From NCBI RefSeq assembly GCF_044704955.1, contig NC_091979.1:244156001-244220000 (forward strand): 64,000 bases of DNA. Direction: 5' to 3'. Positions 38,594 to 51,822 of the stretch are shown in pieces. Both the position numbers and the translations under genes were made by a program. The stretch's first letter is position 1; each line of letters starts with the position of its first letter. Below the pieces are notes generated by a model. The model did not search any database, was not told the DNA's origin, and saw only the letters and a list, made by a program, of their open reading frames with translations. This DNA comes from Pristiophorus japonicus. Lineage: Eukaryota.

Positions 38594-38825
38594 TAGAAAC
38601 ATAGAAAATAGGTGCAGGAGTAGGCCATTTGGCCCTTCGAGCCTGCACCACCATTCAATGAGTTCATGGCTGAACATGCAACTTCGGTATCCCATTCCTG
38701 CTTTCTCGCCATACCCCTTGATCCCCCAAGTAGTAAGGACTACATCTAACTCCTTTTTGAATATATTTAGTGAATTGGCCTCAACAACTTTCTGTGGTAG
38801 AGAATTCCACAGATTCACCACTATC
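38594..38825 (-). mobile_element. CR1 3' fragment
   Basis: Near-identical to 44041-44270. Confidence 0.85.
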
Positions 38826-39357
38826 TGGCGTATGGAAGCGGCAAAGTCCAGGGTCTGAGGCGGCAGACAGAAGAATTCCTGAAATCCAGTTTGGGAACAG
38901 AAACATTCTTGGAGAGAGAGCAAAGGAGATCTCTGGGCCCGTCACTAGGAGCTGGGTGTGTTTCTGAACTGAAGCCCAGGTTCGAAGCATTCCTGGGGTT
39001 GGGTTTCAGGTGTTCCTGGAGGTGAGGCTGGGGATGGCTGCGTACTGGGGTTTGAATTCCTTGTGTCATTCGGCATTCCGCAGCGGATCTCGGGAATGAA
39101 GGCATTTCTGGATGAGATTCGTGGGGGGGTGGGGGGAGGAGGGGCGGACAGAGCTGAGCTTGGTGCTGAGGCCTATGGATGTAAGCAGTTCTGGCAGCCT
39201 GTGTTTGGCCAATCTTGCCGACAATCATAAGTGTTTATGAAATACCACCGCACCAACCCCAGTCCAAAATGTGTTCATTAAATTCGGAAAGTAGGAAGCC
39301 TTGAGCTGAGCTCTGGGTGTTTTTTCCACTGACTGTTTTCACAGAGTGACGTAAGTT

Positions 39358-39765
39358 ACATAAGAACATAAGAAATAGGAGCAGGAGTAGGCCATACGGC
39401 CCCTCGAGCCTGCCCCACCATTTAATACGATCATGGCTGATCCAATCATGGACTCAGGTCCACTTCCCTGCCCGTTCCCCATAACCACTTATTCCCTTAT
39501 CATTTAAGAAACTGTCTATCTCTGTCTTAGATTTACTCTGAGAGAAGAAATTTCTCTTCATCTCAGTTTTAAATGGGCGGCCCCTGATTCTAAGATCATG
39601 CCCTCTAGTTCTAGTCTCCTCTATCAGTGGAAACATCCTCTCTGCATCCACCTTGTCAAGCCCCCTCATAATCTTATACGTTTCGATAAGATCATCTCTC
39701 ATTCTTTTGAATTCCATTGAGCAGAGGCCCAACCTTTCCTCATAAGTCAACCCCCTCATCTCTGT
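39358..39765 (-). mobile_element. CR1 3' fragment
   Basis: ORF 39454-39897 (MRGLTYEERL...RGRPFKTEMKRNFF) and acataagaacataag tail. Confidence 0.85.
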
Positions 39766-39914
39766 TCGCTCGTCCTCTCCCGTGTCCAATACTGGCACCA
39801 CAACCAAACATAACAAAGAAAGGTGATGAGCTGCACATGTATTCCCGTTGCCCCGGTGTGACAAAAAAATTGAAAGCAGGGCTTGATGGCATTTCACATT
39901 TCTTACATTTCACA

Positions 39915-40614
39915 GGGCCGGATCATACCACGTAGGCTGTTAGTTAGACTTTTTTCTGCACCCTTCAGCTCAAAAATGATTTGTGCTGTGGCTTGCTGGA
40001 AGCGCAAGCTGACAACTGAGGCCAATGGGGCATCTGGGACCTTAGTGAACGGCGGGACCAACAGTCTATCTCCTTAACCAATGCAATTTATCGATGAAGA
40101 AAGAACGACGGAGTAGGCGGGTGAATTAGAATCAATTCAGGTACAGAGGGGGAAAGAAAGATTGGATTAAGAGAGAGAGAAAGAGACACAAAGGAAAAGT
40201 AAGTAAAATTGAAAAAAAAATTAAATTTGAAGGTTAAAAAATCTCAAAGAAACAATTTACCATCTGAAGGAATGAGACCCTATCATTTAAATTGTTCAAT
40301 TTCTTGGGCAGAGAGATTGATTGGCATTGCATTAACAATCATCACGTCAATAATCACGTAAATAAAATAGCACTCTTACGCTCTTAATTACCAGACTTAA
40401 CTTTCCGCGGTGAGTTTAATGAGCAAATAATGTGCGAAACCAGCAAGTTCTTAACAGGGAAATGAAGGGCGGAGCGGAGTAAATCGATCAGCAAGTTCTG
40501 GCGATTCGCAACTCACGCCCTGACTCTTAATCCCCTGAATCCGCGGGCTGGATTGTACATCAATCACTGCATGCGGCGTGAACGCACCATTAATCTTCCA
40601 GCAAGATCCAACTC
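39915..40614. mobile_element. Old MITE-like element
   Basis: Weak TIR gggccggatc / gatccaactc. Architecture resembles 18891-19646. Confidence 0.4.
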
Positions 40615-43600
40615 ATTATTTCATCCTTTGCTTATTGTTATATATGTATACTATAGATATACTCTCTGTATAGTCACTGTATAGTTGCATAAGATGGAGA
40701 CTTGTTTATCGGAGGTACCATCAACAAGGTTCACACTGTATACACTATGCTGGCACCACCAGAGGGTGCAACTGGTGGAGGCCCAGGGGTCACCTGTACA
40801 CCACAGGTACCCAGGTATAAAAGGGAGTCCACCATGTGGTATCCTCACTCTGGAGTTATATTAAATGGACTAAGGTCGCAACAGTTCAAGTACAATACTT
40901 TGCCTTGTGGAGTCATTATCAGAGCATCTAAAGACATAACAATTGGTGACGAGATTATGGACCTTAACGTGAAAATGGCTACCCTCGGTACGTTGCAGCA
41001 GTTCGCCCATGGTGATGATTGGGACGCCTTTGTTGAGAGGCTTGACCATTTCTTCACAGCAAACGACCTGGCAGGCGACAATTGGCCGCACTGGCTGATA
41101 AGCGCAGAGCTATCCTGTTAACCAGTTGTGGGCCCACTGTCTATGGCCTTGTCAGGGACTTTGTGGCACCAGCGAAGACAATGGCTAAGACATACGAGGA
41201 GCTTGTAACACTGATCCAAGAACAACTCAAGCCCAAAGAGAGCATCCTCACAGCCAGACACAGGTTTTACACCCACCAACGGCCCGAAGGCCAGGAAATC
41301 GCAAAATATGCTGCAGACCTCAGGAGGTTGGCGGCACCGTGTGATTTCGGCGACCACCTCACCGAAGCGCTGCGGGATATCTTTGTCGTCGGAATTGGCC
41401 ACGAGGGCCTTCTTCACAGGCTGCGGATACCACAGTCACACTGCAGAAAGCCATCACCATGAGCCAGTCAGATGACTCATCCTCAGGACTCAAACCCGGC
41501 AAGTACTGTACACAGACTGGCACCTGTTAGAGGCTGGGCTGTAGAACGTGAATTTCCTCAGGGGAGAGAGACCAGGCCCCCGAGTCCCTTAACTCTGAGT
41601 CCGCCGAGGGGGGCTAATCGGTTAGCACCATGCTGACGTTGCAGAGGAAATCACCGGGCTTACCAGTGCTGTTTTAAGGGCTATGTGTGCAAAGGGTGCA
41701 GCACAAAGGGCCACCTCCAGCGAATGTGTAAAAGAAATAGGACTCACCGTCTACAAAGGGCCATGAATCCAGCACGGATTATGAAGAGGTGATCAGAGAG
41801 GCAGCTCTGCCCCACGATGAGGTGTACGGAAGGTTCACCTGCACCACAGGATGTTCCCCGTTGAGGATGGAAGTTGAGATAAACGGCGTTCCAGTCTTCA
41901 TAGAGGTGGACATGGGGGTGAGCCAGTCAGTAATGAATCAAGAAGCCTTTCAGAGGCTATGGGACAATCAAATTGAAAGACCCAAGTTGGTCCCGGTTCA
42001 AGCAAAGCTGCACACCTACACCAATGAACTTATCCTAGTCGTTGGTAGTGCGAATGTTAAGGTACCCCATGATGGCGCGGTGCACAGGTTACCCCTATGG
42101 ATTGATGCAGGTGATGGACCAACGCTACTCAGAAGAAGGTGGATGGAGAAGATCCAGTGGAGCTGGGAAGATTTCATCCCTCCAGTGATCGACATCCCCT
42201 GCGCTCAGAGGCAAAGCAAGCCCCCACCTTAGGTTGGATCCGACATAAGAGAGCAGACCAGCACAGCACCCGAGGCACAGACCGCTCAGCATGACTGCGT
42301 GGCGATGATCCAGCTGAGACGACCTGAACGCACCTTCCAGGCTCCAGTGGCAGGACTCCAGAGGAAGAAAATTGGATCCAAAGGCAACTTCCCAGCTTCG
42401 GTGGCAGAACCCGGGGAGAAAAGGATCACAGCAGCCGACATCGTGGATGAAAGAAAGATGGAGCCCAAACCACGAGGTGAAGCGCTGAAGGAAAAGATGG
42501 CGGCGGCCAGACCATGAGGTGCAGCGCTGATGGAGCAACACGTGGTACCAAGCGAAGAAGAGAATTGGGGTAAAGATAGCAAGGCTCTCTTAAAGGAGTC
42601 CAGCAACCCACCACACTTAAAGGGACAGTCCCACATTCTCACTCAATGTTATAACAACTGTGAGCTAAATGTAAAGCTTGTAATTGATGATCAGAGTTTT
42701 ATACATGTAATAACCAAAGAAAAGTCGGGCGATTGCGATCGGAGCTACAGTTTATCTACAATAAGCAATGAAACGTTGCACGATGCAGGATTTCAACTGT
42801 ATTCTGATAATGTAGAGGGCAAACACCCATTGAAAGCACACAGGTCCAGCGGGCTACCCGATGCTGACGTCTGCGCCCCTGGGACCAGAGTGATGAACCA
42901 CGGAGTGTGGCCACAAGCAGCTAAAATAGACAAGCTGCAGAGCAAGCGATCTCAGGAGCGCAACTCACTGGTATCGATACCCTGCTCCTGACCGGCTCCA
43001 GCTCTCAGGGACCCGATGGCACCAACCGTCACGAGCCTGAATGAGCAAACTGTGCTAAGGCACAGCCCCCAGACCCCATCGCCACCAAGGCTACACCCGG
43101 GAACGAAGGGTCACCCGCAACGGTTTTCCCAATTGGGACCGGGACCAGCCAGGATCGCAAATCAAATAACGCCCAGGCAAGCGAGTTAGCTCACTGGGCA
43201 TTGCTAGACGACTGCTCCTCTGGGAGCAGCAGCGACCCGGGGCACAAGGAGAGGACAGGGAGGCCACAGGCATCTGTGAACTTGCCCGACGCGAGGAGTA
43301 ATGGCAAAGGCCCCGAGAGCAGGCAACTCGAGCCAACCGGGTTCCCACTGCCAGCACTGGGCAACGCGCCACCACCAGGCTGCCTGAACACCATCCAGCA
43401 GCTCTGCAACCAGCTTGTTCTCACACACTGGTGCTGACCCCAGCACTGATCCCAAAGATGTACTATCAATGTATCTCACCAGTCAAATGTACTTGCCTCA
43501 CAACTGTACCACAAATGCAATGATGTAAATGCAAATTTCCTTTTCTGGACTTGAATGTATATGAATGTATATGAATGTGATGAGCCACCAGCATGATCTA

Positions 43601-43744
43601 CATGTCGGGGGGAAAATGGATGTATGTAGCCCTGGACACACACATGGATCACACCCAGAACCCACTGAAGCCCCACTGCATCATCAAACCATCCCAACTG
43701 GTAACCACTACCCAACGTTGTGGCAATAAGGACATGGGGGTTAA

Positions 43745-46700
43745 CAGGGATGGCTGGACTGACATATGAGGAGAGACTGGATCAACTGGGACTTTATACA
43801 CTGGAGTTTGGAAGGATGAGAGGGGATCTCATAGAAACGTATAAGATTCTGACTGGACTGGACAGGTTAGATGCGGAAGAATGTTCCCGATATTGGGGAA
43901 GTCCAGAACCAGGGGACACAGTCTTAGGATAAGGGGTAGGCCATTTAGGACTGAGATGAGGAGAAACTTCTTCACTCAGAGAGTTGTTAACCTGTGGAAT
44001 TCCCTGCCGCAGAGAGTTGTTGATGCCAGTTCATTGGATATAGAAACATAGAAAATAGGTACAGGAGTAGGCCATTCGGCCCTTCGAGCCTGCACCGCCA
44101 TTCAATGAGTTCATGGCTGAACATGCAACTTCAGTACCCCATTCCTGCTTTCTCGCCATACCCCTTGATCCCCCGAGTAGTAAGGACTACATCTAACTCC
44201 TTTTTGAATATATTTAGTGAATTGGCCTCAACAACTTTCTGTGGTAGAGAATTCCACAGGTTCACCACTCTCTGGGTGAAGAAGTTTCTCCTCATCTCGG
44301 TCCTAAATGGCTTACCCCTTATCCTTAGACTGTGACCCCTGGTTCTGGACTTCCCCAACATCTAACCTGTCTAAACCCGTCAGAATTTTAAACGTTTCTA
44401 TGAGATCCCCTCTCATTCTTCTGAACTCCAGTGAATACAAGCCCAGTTGATCCAGTCTTTCTTGATATGTCAGTCCCGCCATCCCGGGAATCAGTCTGGT
44501 AAACCTTCGCTGCACTCCCTCAATAGCAAGAATGTCCTTCCTCAAGTTAGGAGACCAAAACTATACACAATACTCCAGGTGTGGCCTCACCAAGGCCCTG
44601 TACAACTGTAGTAACACCTCCCTGCCCCTGTACTCAAATCCCCTCGCTATGAAGGCCAACATGCCATTTGCTTTCTTAACCGCCTGCTGTACCTGCATGC
44701 CAACCTTCAATGACTGATGTACCATGACACCCAGGTCTCGTTGCACCTCCCCTTTTCCTAATCTGTCACCATTCAGATAATAGTCTGTCTCTCTGTGTTT
44801 ACCACCAAAGTGGATAACCTCACATTTATCCACATTATACTTTATCTGCCATGTATGCCCACTCACCTAATCTATCCAAGTCACTCATAGCATCCTCCTC
44901 ACAGCTCACACTGCCACCCAACTTAGTGTCATCCGCAAATTTGGAGATACTACATTTAATCCCCTCGTCTAAATCATTAATGTACAATGTAAACAGCTGG
45001 GGCCCCAGCACAGAACCTTGCGGTACCCCACTAGTCACTGCCAGCCATTCTGAAAAGTACCCATTTACTCCTACTCTTTGCTTCCTGTCTGACAACCAGC
45101 TCTCAAGCCATGTCAGAACACTACTCCCAATCCCATGTGCTTTAACTTTGCACATTAATCTCTTGTGTGGGACCTTGTCGAAAGCCTTCTGAACGTCCAA
45201 ATACACCACATCAACTGGTTCTCCCTTGTCCACTCTACTGGAAACAGCCACAAAAAATTCCAGAAGATTTGTCAAGCATGATTTCCCTTTCACAAATCCA
45301 TGCTGACTTGGATCTATCATGTCACCTCTTTCCAAATGCACTGCTATGACATCCTTAATAATTGATTCCATCATTTTACCCACTACCGATGTCAGGCTGA
45401 CCGGTCTATAATGCCCTGTTTTCTCTCTCCCTCCTTTTTTAAAAAGTGGGGTTACATTGGCTACCCTCCACTCCATAGGAACTGATCCAGAGTCTATGGA
45501 ATGTTGGAAAATGACTGTCAATGCATCCGCTATTTCCAAGGCTACCTCCTTAAGTACTCTGGGATGCAGTCCATCAGGCCCTGGGGATTTATCGGCCTTC
45601 AATCCTATCAATTTCCCCAACACAATTTCCTGACTAATAAGGATTTCCCTCAGTTCCTCCTTCTTACTGGACCCTCTGAACCCTTTTATAGCCGGAAGGT
45701 TGTTTGTGTCCTCCTTAGTGAATACCGAACCAAAGTACTTGTTCAATTGGTCTGCCATTTCTTTGTTCCCCGTTATGACTTCCCCTGATTCTGACTGCAG
45801 GGGACCTATGTTTGTCTTTACTAACCTTTTTCTCTTTACATATCTATAGAAGCTTTTGCAGTCCGTCTTAATGTTCCCTGCAAGCTTTCTCTCGTACTCT
45901 ATTTTCCCTGCCCTAAACAAACCCTTTGTCCTCCTCTGCTGAGTTCTAAATTTCTCCCAGCCCCCGGGTTCGCTGCTATTTCTGGCCAATTTGTATGCCA
46001 CTTCCTTGGCTTTAATACTATTCCTGATTTTCCTTGATAGCCACGGTTGAGCCACCTTCCCTTTTTTATTTTTACGCCAGACAGGATGTACAATTGTTGT
46101 AGTTCATCCATGCGGTCTCTAAATGTCTGCCATTGCCCATCCACTGTCAATCCCTTAAGTATCATTTGCCAATCTATCCTAGCCAATTCACGCCTCATAC
46201 CTTCAAAGTTAGCCTTCTTTAAGTTCTGGACCATGGTCTCTGAATTAACTGTTTCATTCTCCATCCTAATGTAGAATTCCACCATATTATGGTCACTCTT
46301 CCCCAAGGGGCCTCGCACAACGAGATTGCTAATTAATCCTCTCTCATTACACAACACCCAGTCTAAGATGGCCTCCCCCCTAGTTGGTTCCTCGACATAT
46401 TGGTCTCGAAAACCATCCCTTATGCACGCCAGGAAATCCTCCTCCATCGTATTGCTTCCAGTTTGGTTAGCCCAATCTATATGCATATTAAAGTCACCCA
46501 TGATAACTGCTGCACCTTTATTGCATACACCCCTAATTTCCTGTTTGATGCCCTCCCCAACATCACTACTACTGTTTGGAGGTCTGTACACAACTCCCAC
46601 TAACGTTTTTTGCCCTTTGGTGTTCTGCAGCTCTATCCATACAGATTCCACATCATCCAAGCTAATGTCCTTCCTAACTATTGCATTCATCTCCTCTTTA

Positions 46701-47820
46701 ACCAGCAATGCTACCCCACCTCCTTTTCCTTTTATTCTTTCCTTCCTGAATGTTGAATACCCTTGGATGTTGAGTTCCCAGCCCTGATCATCCTGGAGCT
46801 ACGTCTCTGTAATCCCAATCACATCATATCCGTTAACATCTATTTGCACAGTTAATTCATCCACCTTATTATGGATACTCCTTGCATTAAGACACAAAGC
46901 CTTCAGGCTTGTTTTTTTAACACCCTTTGTCCTTTTAGAATTATGATGTAGTGTGGCCCTTTTTGTTTCTTGCCTTTGTTTACTCGGCCTTCCACTATTG
47001 CTTTTTATCTTTCTACCATCTGTTTCTGACTCCATATTACTTCGCCCTGTCTCGCTGCATAGGTAGTTTAAACACTCCCGAACTGCATTAGCAAATGTTA
47101 CCCCCAGGACATCTGTACCAGTCCTGCCCAAGTGCAAACCGTATCTTTTTGTACAGGTCCCACTTCCTCCAGAACTGGTTCCAATGTCCCAGGAATTTGA
47201 ATCCCTCCCTCTTGCACCACTGCTCAAGCCAAGTACTTATTCTAACTATCCTGCTCCCTCTACTCTGCTTAGCACGTGGCACTGGTAGCAATCCAGAGAT
47301 TACTACCTTTGAGGTCCTACTTTTTAATTTAACTCCTAGCTCCCTAAATTCAGCTTGTAGAACCTCGTCCCACTTCTTACCTATATCGTTGGTACCTACA
47401 TGTACCATGATAACTAGCTGTTCACCCTCCCTCTCCAGAATGCTCTGCAGCTGCTCCGAGACATCCTTGACCCTTGCACCAGGGAGGCAACATACCATCC
47501 TGGAGTCTCGGTTGCAGCCGCAGAAACTCCTATCTATTCCCCTTACCATAGAGTCTCCTATCACTATAGTTCTCCCACTCTTTTTCCTGCCCTTCTGTGC
47601 AGCAGAGCCACCCATGGTGCCATGAACCTGGCTGCTGGTGCCAGGGAGTCAATAGGGAGTTAGATATGGCCCTTATGGCTAAAGGGATCAAGGGGTATGG
47701 AGAGAAAGCAGGAAAGGGATACTGAGGGAAAGATCAGTCATGATCTTATTGAATGGTGGTGTGGGCTTGAAGGGCCGAATGGCCTACTCCTGCACCTATT
47801 TTCCATGTTTCTATGTTTCT
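43745..47820 (+). mobile_element. CR1 3' fragment inside the LTR element, itself split by a long reverse CR1
   Basis: 43745-44040 and 47645-47820 join as one CR1 end (…cattggata / …agggagttagatatgg). taacaggga occurs at both junctions. Confidence 0.8.
44041..47643 (-). mobile_element. Long CR1 LINE: part of ORF1 (SGNH esterase-like) and ORF2 (APE + RT), frameshifted
   Basis: ORF1 IVIGDSMVR...[67 protein letters not shown]. (ttctatgt)n tail. Confidence 0.95.
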
Positions 47821-48297
47821 AACAGGGAGAGAGCCAAGCCAAAGCACAGCCAAGGTGCAAGGGCTATTGGCACTTACGGCTGGGGAGAGCGAAGCCAGAG
47901 CACATAGTGCAAAGGTATTGGCACAAAAGACTTGGGGGAGAGTGATGTTATATATGTATACTATAGATATACTCTCTGTGTAGTCACTGTAGAGTTGCAA
48001 AAGATGGAGACTTGTTTACTGGAGGTACCATCAACAAGGTTCACACTGTACACACTATACTGGCACCACCAGAGGGTGCAACTGGTGGAGGCCCAGGGGT
48101 CACCTGTACATCACGGGTACCCAGGTATAAAAGGGAGTCCACCATGTGGTATCCTCACTCTGGAGTTAAATGGACTAAGGCCACTACAGTTCAAGTGCAA
48201 TACTTTGCCTCATGGCGTCATTATCAGAGCATTTAAAGACCTAACACTTATGAATAAGGGCAATAAAATATTGTCCATTCACATGGTTTGAATGGCT

Positions 48298-48720
48298 AGA
48301 CACGAGGCTCCCAAAGCAAGCGCTCTACTCGGAACTCCCTCACAGTAAGCGAGCCAAAGGTGGGCAGAGGAAACATTACAAGGACACCCTCAAAGCCTCC
48401 CTTTTAAAGTGCAACATCCTCACCAACACCTGGGAGTCCCTGACCAAAGACTGCCTTAAGTGGAGGCCGTGCATCTGGGAGGACGCTAAGCACCTCGCAT
48501 CCCATCACCGAGAGCATGCAGAAATCAAGCGCAGGCAGCGGAAAGAGCATGCGGCAAACCAGTCCCATCCACCCTTTCCCTCAATGACTATCTCTCGCCC
48601 ACCTGTGACAGAGACTGTGGTTCTTGTATTGGACTGTACAGCCACCTAACAAGTCATTTTAAGAGTGGAAGCAAGTCTTCCTTGATTCCGAGGGACGGCC
48701 TATGATGATGATGATGATGG
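48298..48720 (+). mobile_element. RTE LINE 3' fragment
   Basis: Homologous to 18440-18850, with (tga)n tail. Confidence 0.88.
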
Positions 48721-49182
48721 ATGGCCACAGTTTGGTGGGACATTGCTGGGGCAGAATGACTGCATTTCATGTCTTCAGCATGAATCACAGAAGCGTCTGT
48801 GGTCCAAAATGGCTTTGGACCAGTTTATCAATTGGGCAGACACAAGCTTCAAAGCTACGAGAGACACTATACGCGCCAACAATCCATCCCCGAATCCAGA
48901 TACGAGCACTCATCAAAGCAAAAAAAACATTCAAAATGGGATGAGCTTGTTTAAATCAAACTGAACATAATTTAAACCTGTGCCAACTCAGTTTGGATTT
49001 GGCTGTAATTCTTTATTTTCAAAGTTCACAACCTCTCAAGAACAGAAAGGGGTTTGTCCAAGTACAGGCATGCATTCCTGGAAAAAAAACCTAATTGTCA
49101 AAAAGCCTCACTTGTGGATGCAGTGACGGGGTGTCTTCCCTTTTCATGCACTCATGTCTGAGATTGCAAATTCATGAAAAAG

Positions 49183-49620
49183 TAAAGACTTGCATTTATA
49201 TAGTGGCTTTCAGGACCACCAGACATCTCAAAGTGCTTCATAGCCAATTAAGTACTTTTGGAGTGTAGTCACGCAGCCAACTTGTGCACAGTAAACTTCC
49301 ACAAACAGGAATGTGATAATGACCCAGATAATCTGTTTTTTTGTTGTGTTGATTGAGGGATAAATATTGGCCCCAGGACACCGGGGATAATTCCCCTGCT
49401 CTTCTTCGAAATGGTGCCATGGGATCTTTTACATCCACCTGAGAGAGCAGACGGGGGCCTCGGTTTAACATCTCATCCGAAAGATGGCACCTCTGGCAGT
49501 GCAGCACTCCCTCAGCACTGCACTGGAGTGTCAGCCTAGATTTTTGTGCTCTGGAGTGGGACTTGAACCCACAAACTTCTGATCCCGAGGTGACTGTGCT
49601 ATTGATGAAGCCACAGCTGT
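49183..49620 (-). mobile_element. DeuSINE (SacSINE1-like)
   Basis: Reverse copy. Confidence 0.85.
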
Positions 49621-49875
49621 TAGTGAAATGAAGAGCAAAGCACTGCAAATACAACAGGTCAGTCAGCACCTTTAAAGAGAAAAGAGAGATTATGGTGTTT
49701 CGGGTGTGTATGCTTCAGTGTTATTCATCAGCTCTGATGGTTACACCTAAAATGTCATAACATGTCTTTTCTCTTTACAAACCCTGACTCATCTGCTGCA
49801 TATGTCTGGCATTTTCTGTTTTGGTAGAATTCAAGAACAAATAAAGGATTGTTGGGATCTCTATTGTAAAAGTAG

Positions 49876-50345
49876 TGATGTTGCCGGGAGTGGTGAATCT
49901 AAGCTATGAGGACAGATTGGATAGGCTGGATTTGTTTTCATTGGAACAGAGGAGGCTGAGGGGAGACCTCATTGAGGTGTATAAAATTATGAGGGGCCTG
50001 GATAGAGTGGATAGTAAGGGCCTATTTTCCTTCGCAGAGGGGTCAACAACCAGGGGGCATATGTTTAAAGTAATTGATAGGAGGTTTAGAGGGGATTTGA
50101 GGGGAAATTTCTTCACCCAGAGGGTAGTGGGGGTCTGGAACTCACTGCCTGAAAGGGTGGTAGAGGCAGAAACCCTCACCACATTTAAAAAGTACTTGGA
50201 TGTGTACCTGATGTGCCGTAACCTACAGAGCTACAGACCTAGAGCTGGAAAGTGGGATTAGGCTGGATAGCCTCTTGTTGGCTGGCATGGACACGATGGG
50301 TCAAAATGGCCTCCTTCCGCACTGTAAACTTCTATGATTTTATGA
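49876..50345 (+). mobile_element. CR1 3' fragment
   Basis: ORF 49875-50261 LFSLEQRRLRGDLIEVYKIM...WNSLPERVVEA. Confidence 0.88.
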
Positions 50346-50439
50346 TTGACCTACATTTATCAAGAGCTTTTGTAGCAATAAACTCTTGCTGCACCAAGAA
50401 GCCATTGTTTAATCAGTACAATATTGGACACACTTACTT

Positions 50440-50920
50440 GATGTGGAATTCTCTCCACTTGCCTGGATGAGTGCAGCTGCAACAACACTCAAGAAGCTCG
50501 ACACCATCCAGGACAAAGCAGCCCGCTTGATTGGCGATCCCTTCACCACCTTAAACATCCACTTTCTTCACCACCGGCGCACCGTAGCTGCAGTGTGACC
50601 CATCTACAAGATACACTGCAGCAACTTGTAAAGACTTCTTCGGCAGCACCTCCAAAACCCTCGATCTCTACCACCATCACCTGCAAATTCCCATCCAAGT
50701 CACACACTATCCTGATTTGGAAATATATCGCCGTTCCTTCATCGTCGCTGGGTCAAAATCCTGAAACTCCCTACCTAACAGCACTGTGGGAGTACCTTCA
50801 CCACACGGACTGCAGCAGTTCAAGAAGGTGGCTCACCACCACCTTCTCAAGGGCAACTGGTAATGGGCAATAAATGCTGGTCTCGCCAGCGACGCCCACA
50901 TCTCAAGAATGAAATTTTTT
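50440..50920 (+). mobile_element. CR1-group LINE 3' end (same family as 6850-7985)
   Basis: SPLAWMSAAATTLKKLDTIQDKAARLI-like remnant and the shared tail. Confidence 0.78.
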
Positions 50921-51183
50921 TAAATTCCCGATAAACAAAACATTTGGAAGTTACAATAATCGCAACTGAAGTTCATTAACTACAACTATGAAAAATGAAT
51001 CTTCTTTCTATATCTCTCAGTCCTTGAAAATAACTCTACACTGTGCAACTCAACGGGGTTCCAGTTTATCTTACACTTATGCTTGTGAGTGCTCTCTCCA
51101 GGTAATGCACTGAAATTGGCGGCTGTGCAAGTACCAAATTCAGGATAGGCTGAAGACAGGGCTTTCTAAGAAATGGTATCATT

Positions 51184-51822
51184 GGAGCCAATTTTCATCA
51201 AGGCCTCCGCCCACCCAAGTGTCGCCGAGGTACCGGATGGTACTTTTGCGGGACATTCATCGCCAAGGGCCCTTGAAGGTCGGCAAATGGACGACGTACA
51301 CCGCCAATCTTGGCGGCAGCAGGTAGGAAGTCTCATTCTCGGCGGCAAAGGCACTTGCCGCCCAAGTGCCATCGAGGATGGAGTCGGGCTCACGGAGGGT
51401 CGAAGACCTGAAAAAAAAATCAACAGTAAAAAAATGTTTTAAACTATCCGAAGACCTTCAGGGGGACCCCATTCAGGTAAGTCGCTGTGGAAATTTAAAA
51501 AAAAAAATCTTCACTTACCTTTTTTTCAGGTTGTTCCTACTCACCATCGGGGACAGACCAGCCTACAGCCAGCGGTCCACCCCCGTTCTGCCACCGAATC
51601 CCGCCGACTCCCACTCGCAGGAATCTGGGAGTTCAGCGGGCGGGAGCTCAGCTGCGCCACTCGGCCGTTCGTTGACGACAGCGGGAGGTTCCTGGCGGTT
51701 CTCTCCTCCCGCCCGCTCCAGGCCACCCCGAAAGTGGCACTGGGCGGATCCTGACAAGGAATGTCAGTGGCAGTGGGCAGCAGTCGGCGGCAGCGGGCGG
51801 TGACTTGCTGAATTTCGGCCCC
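51184..51822. mobile_element. Harbinger-like MITE with a 3-bp TSD
   Basis: ATT|ggagccaattttc ... gaatttcggcccc|ATT. CpG-rich, non-coding. Confidence 0.8.

Larger units (their letters stand above)
40636..48246 (+). mobile_element. Complete Gypsy/Ty3-type LTR element lacking RT/RH/IN, with nested CR1s
   Basis: 5' LTR 40636-40941 and 3' LTR 47946-48246 (TG...CA). 5-bp TSD CTTAT at 40631-40635 and 48247-48251. PBS TGGTGACGAG at 40944 and PPT gggggagagtga. Gag MATLGTLQQF...DDWDAFVERL, CCHC knuckle, protease-like EVDMGVSQSV. Confidence 0.93.
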
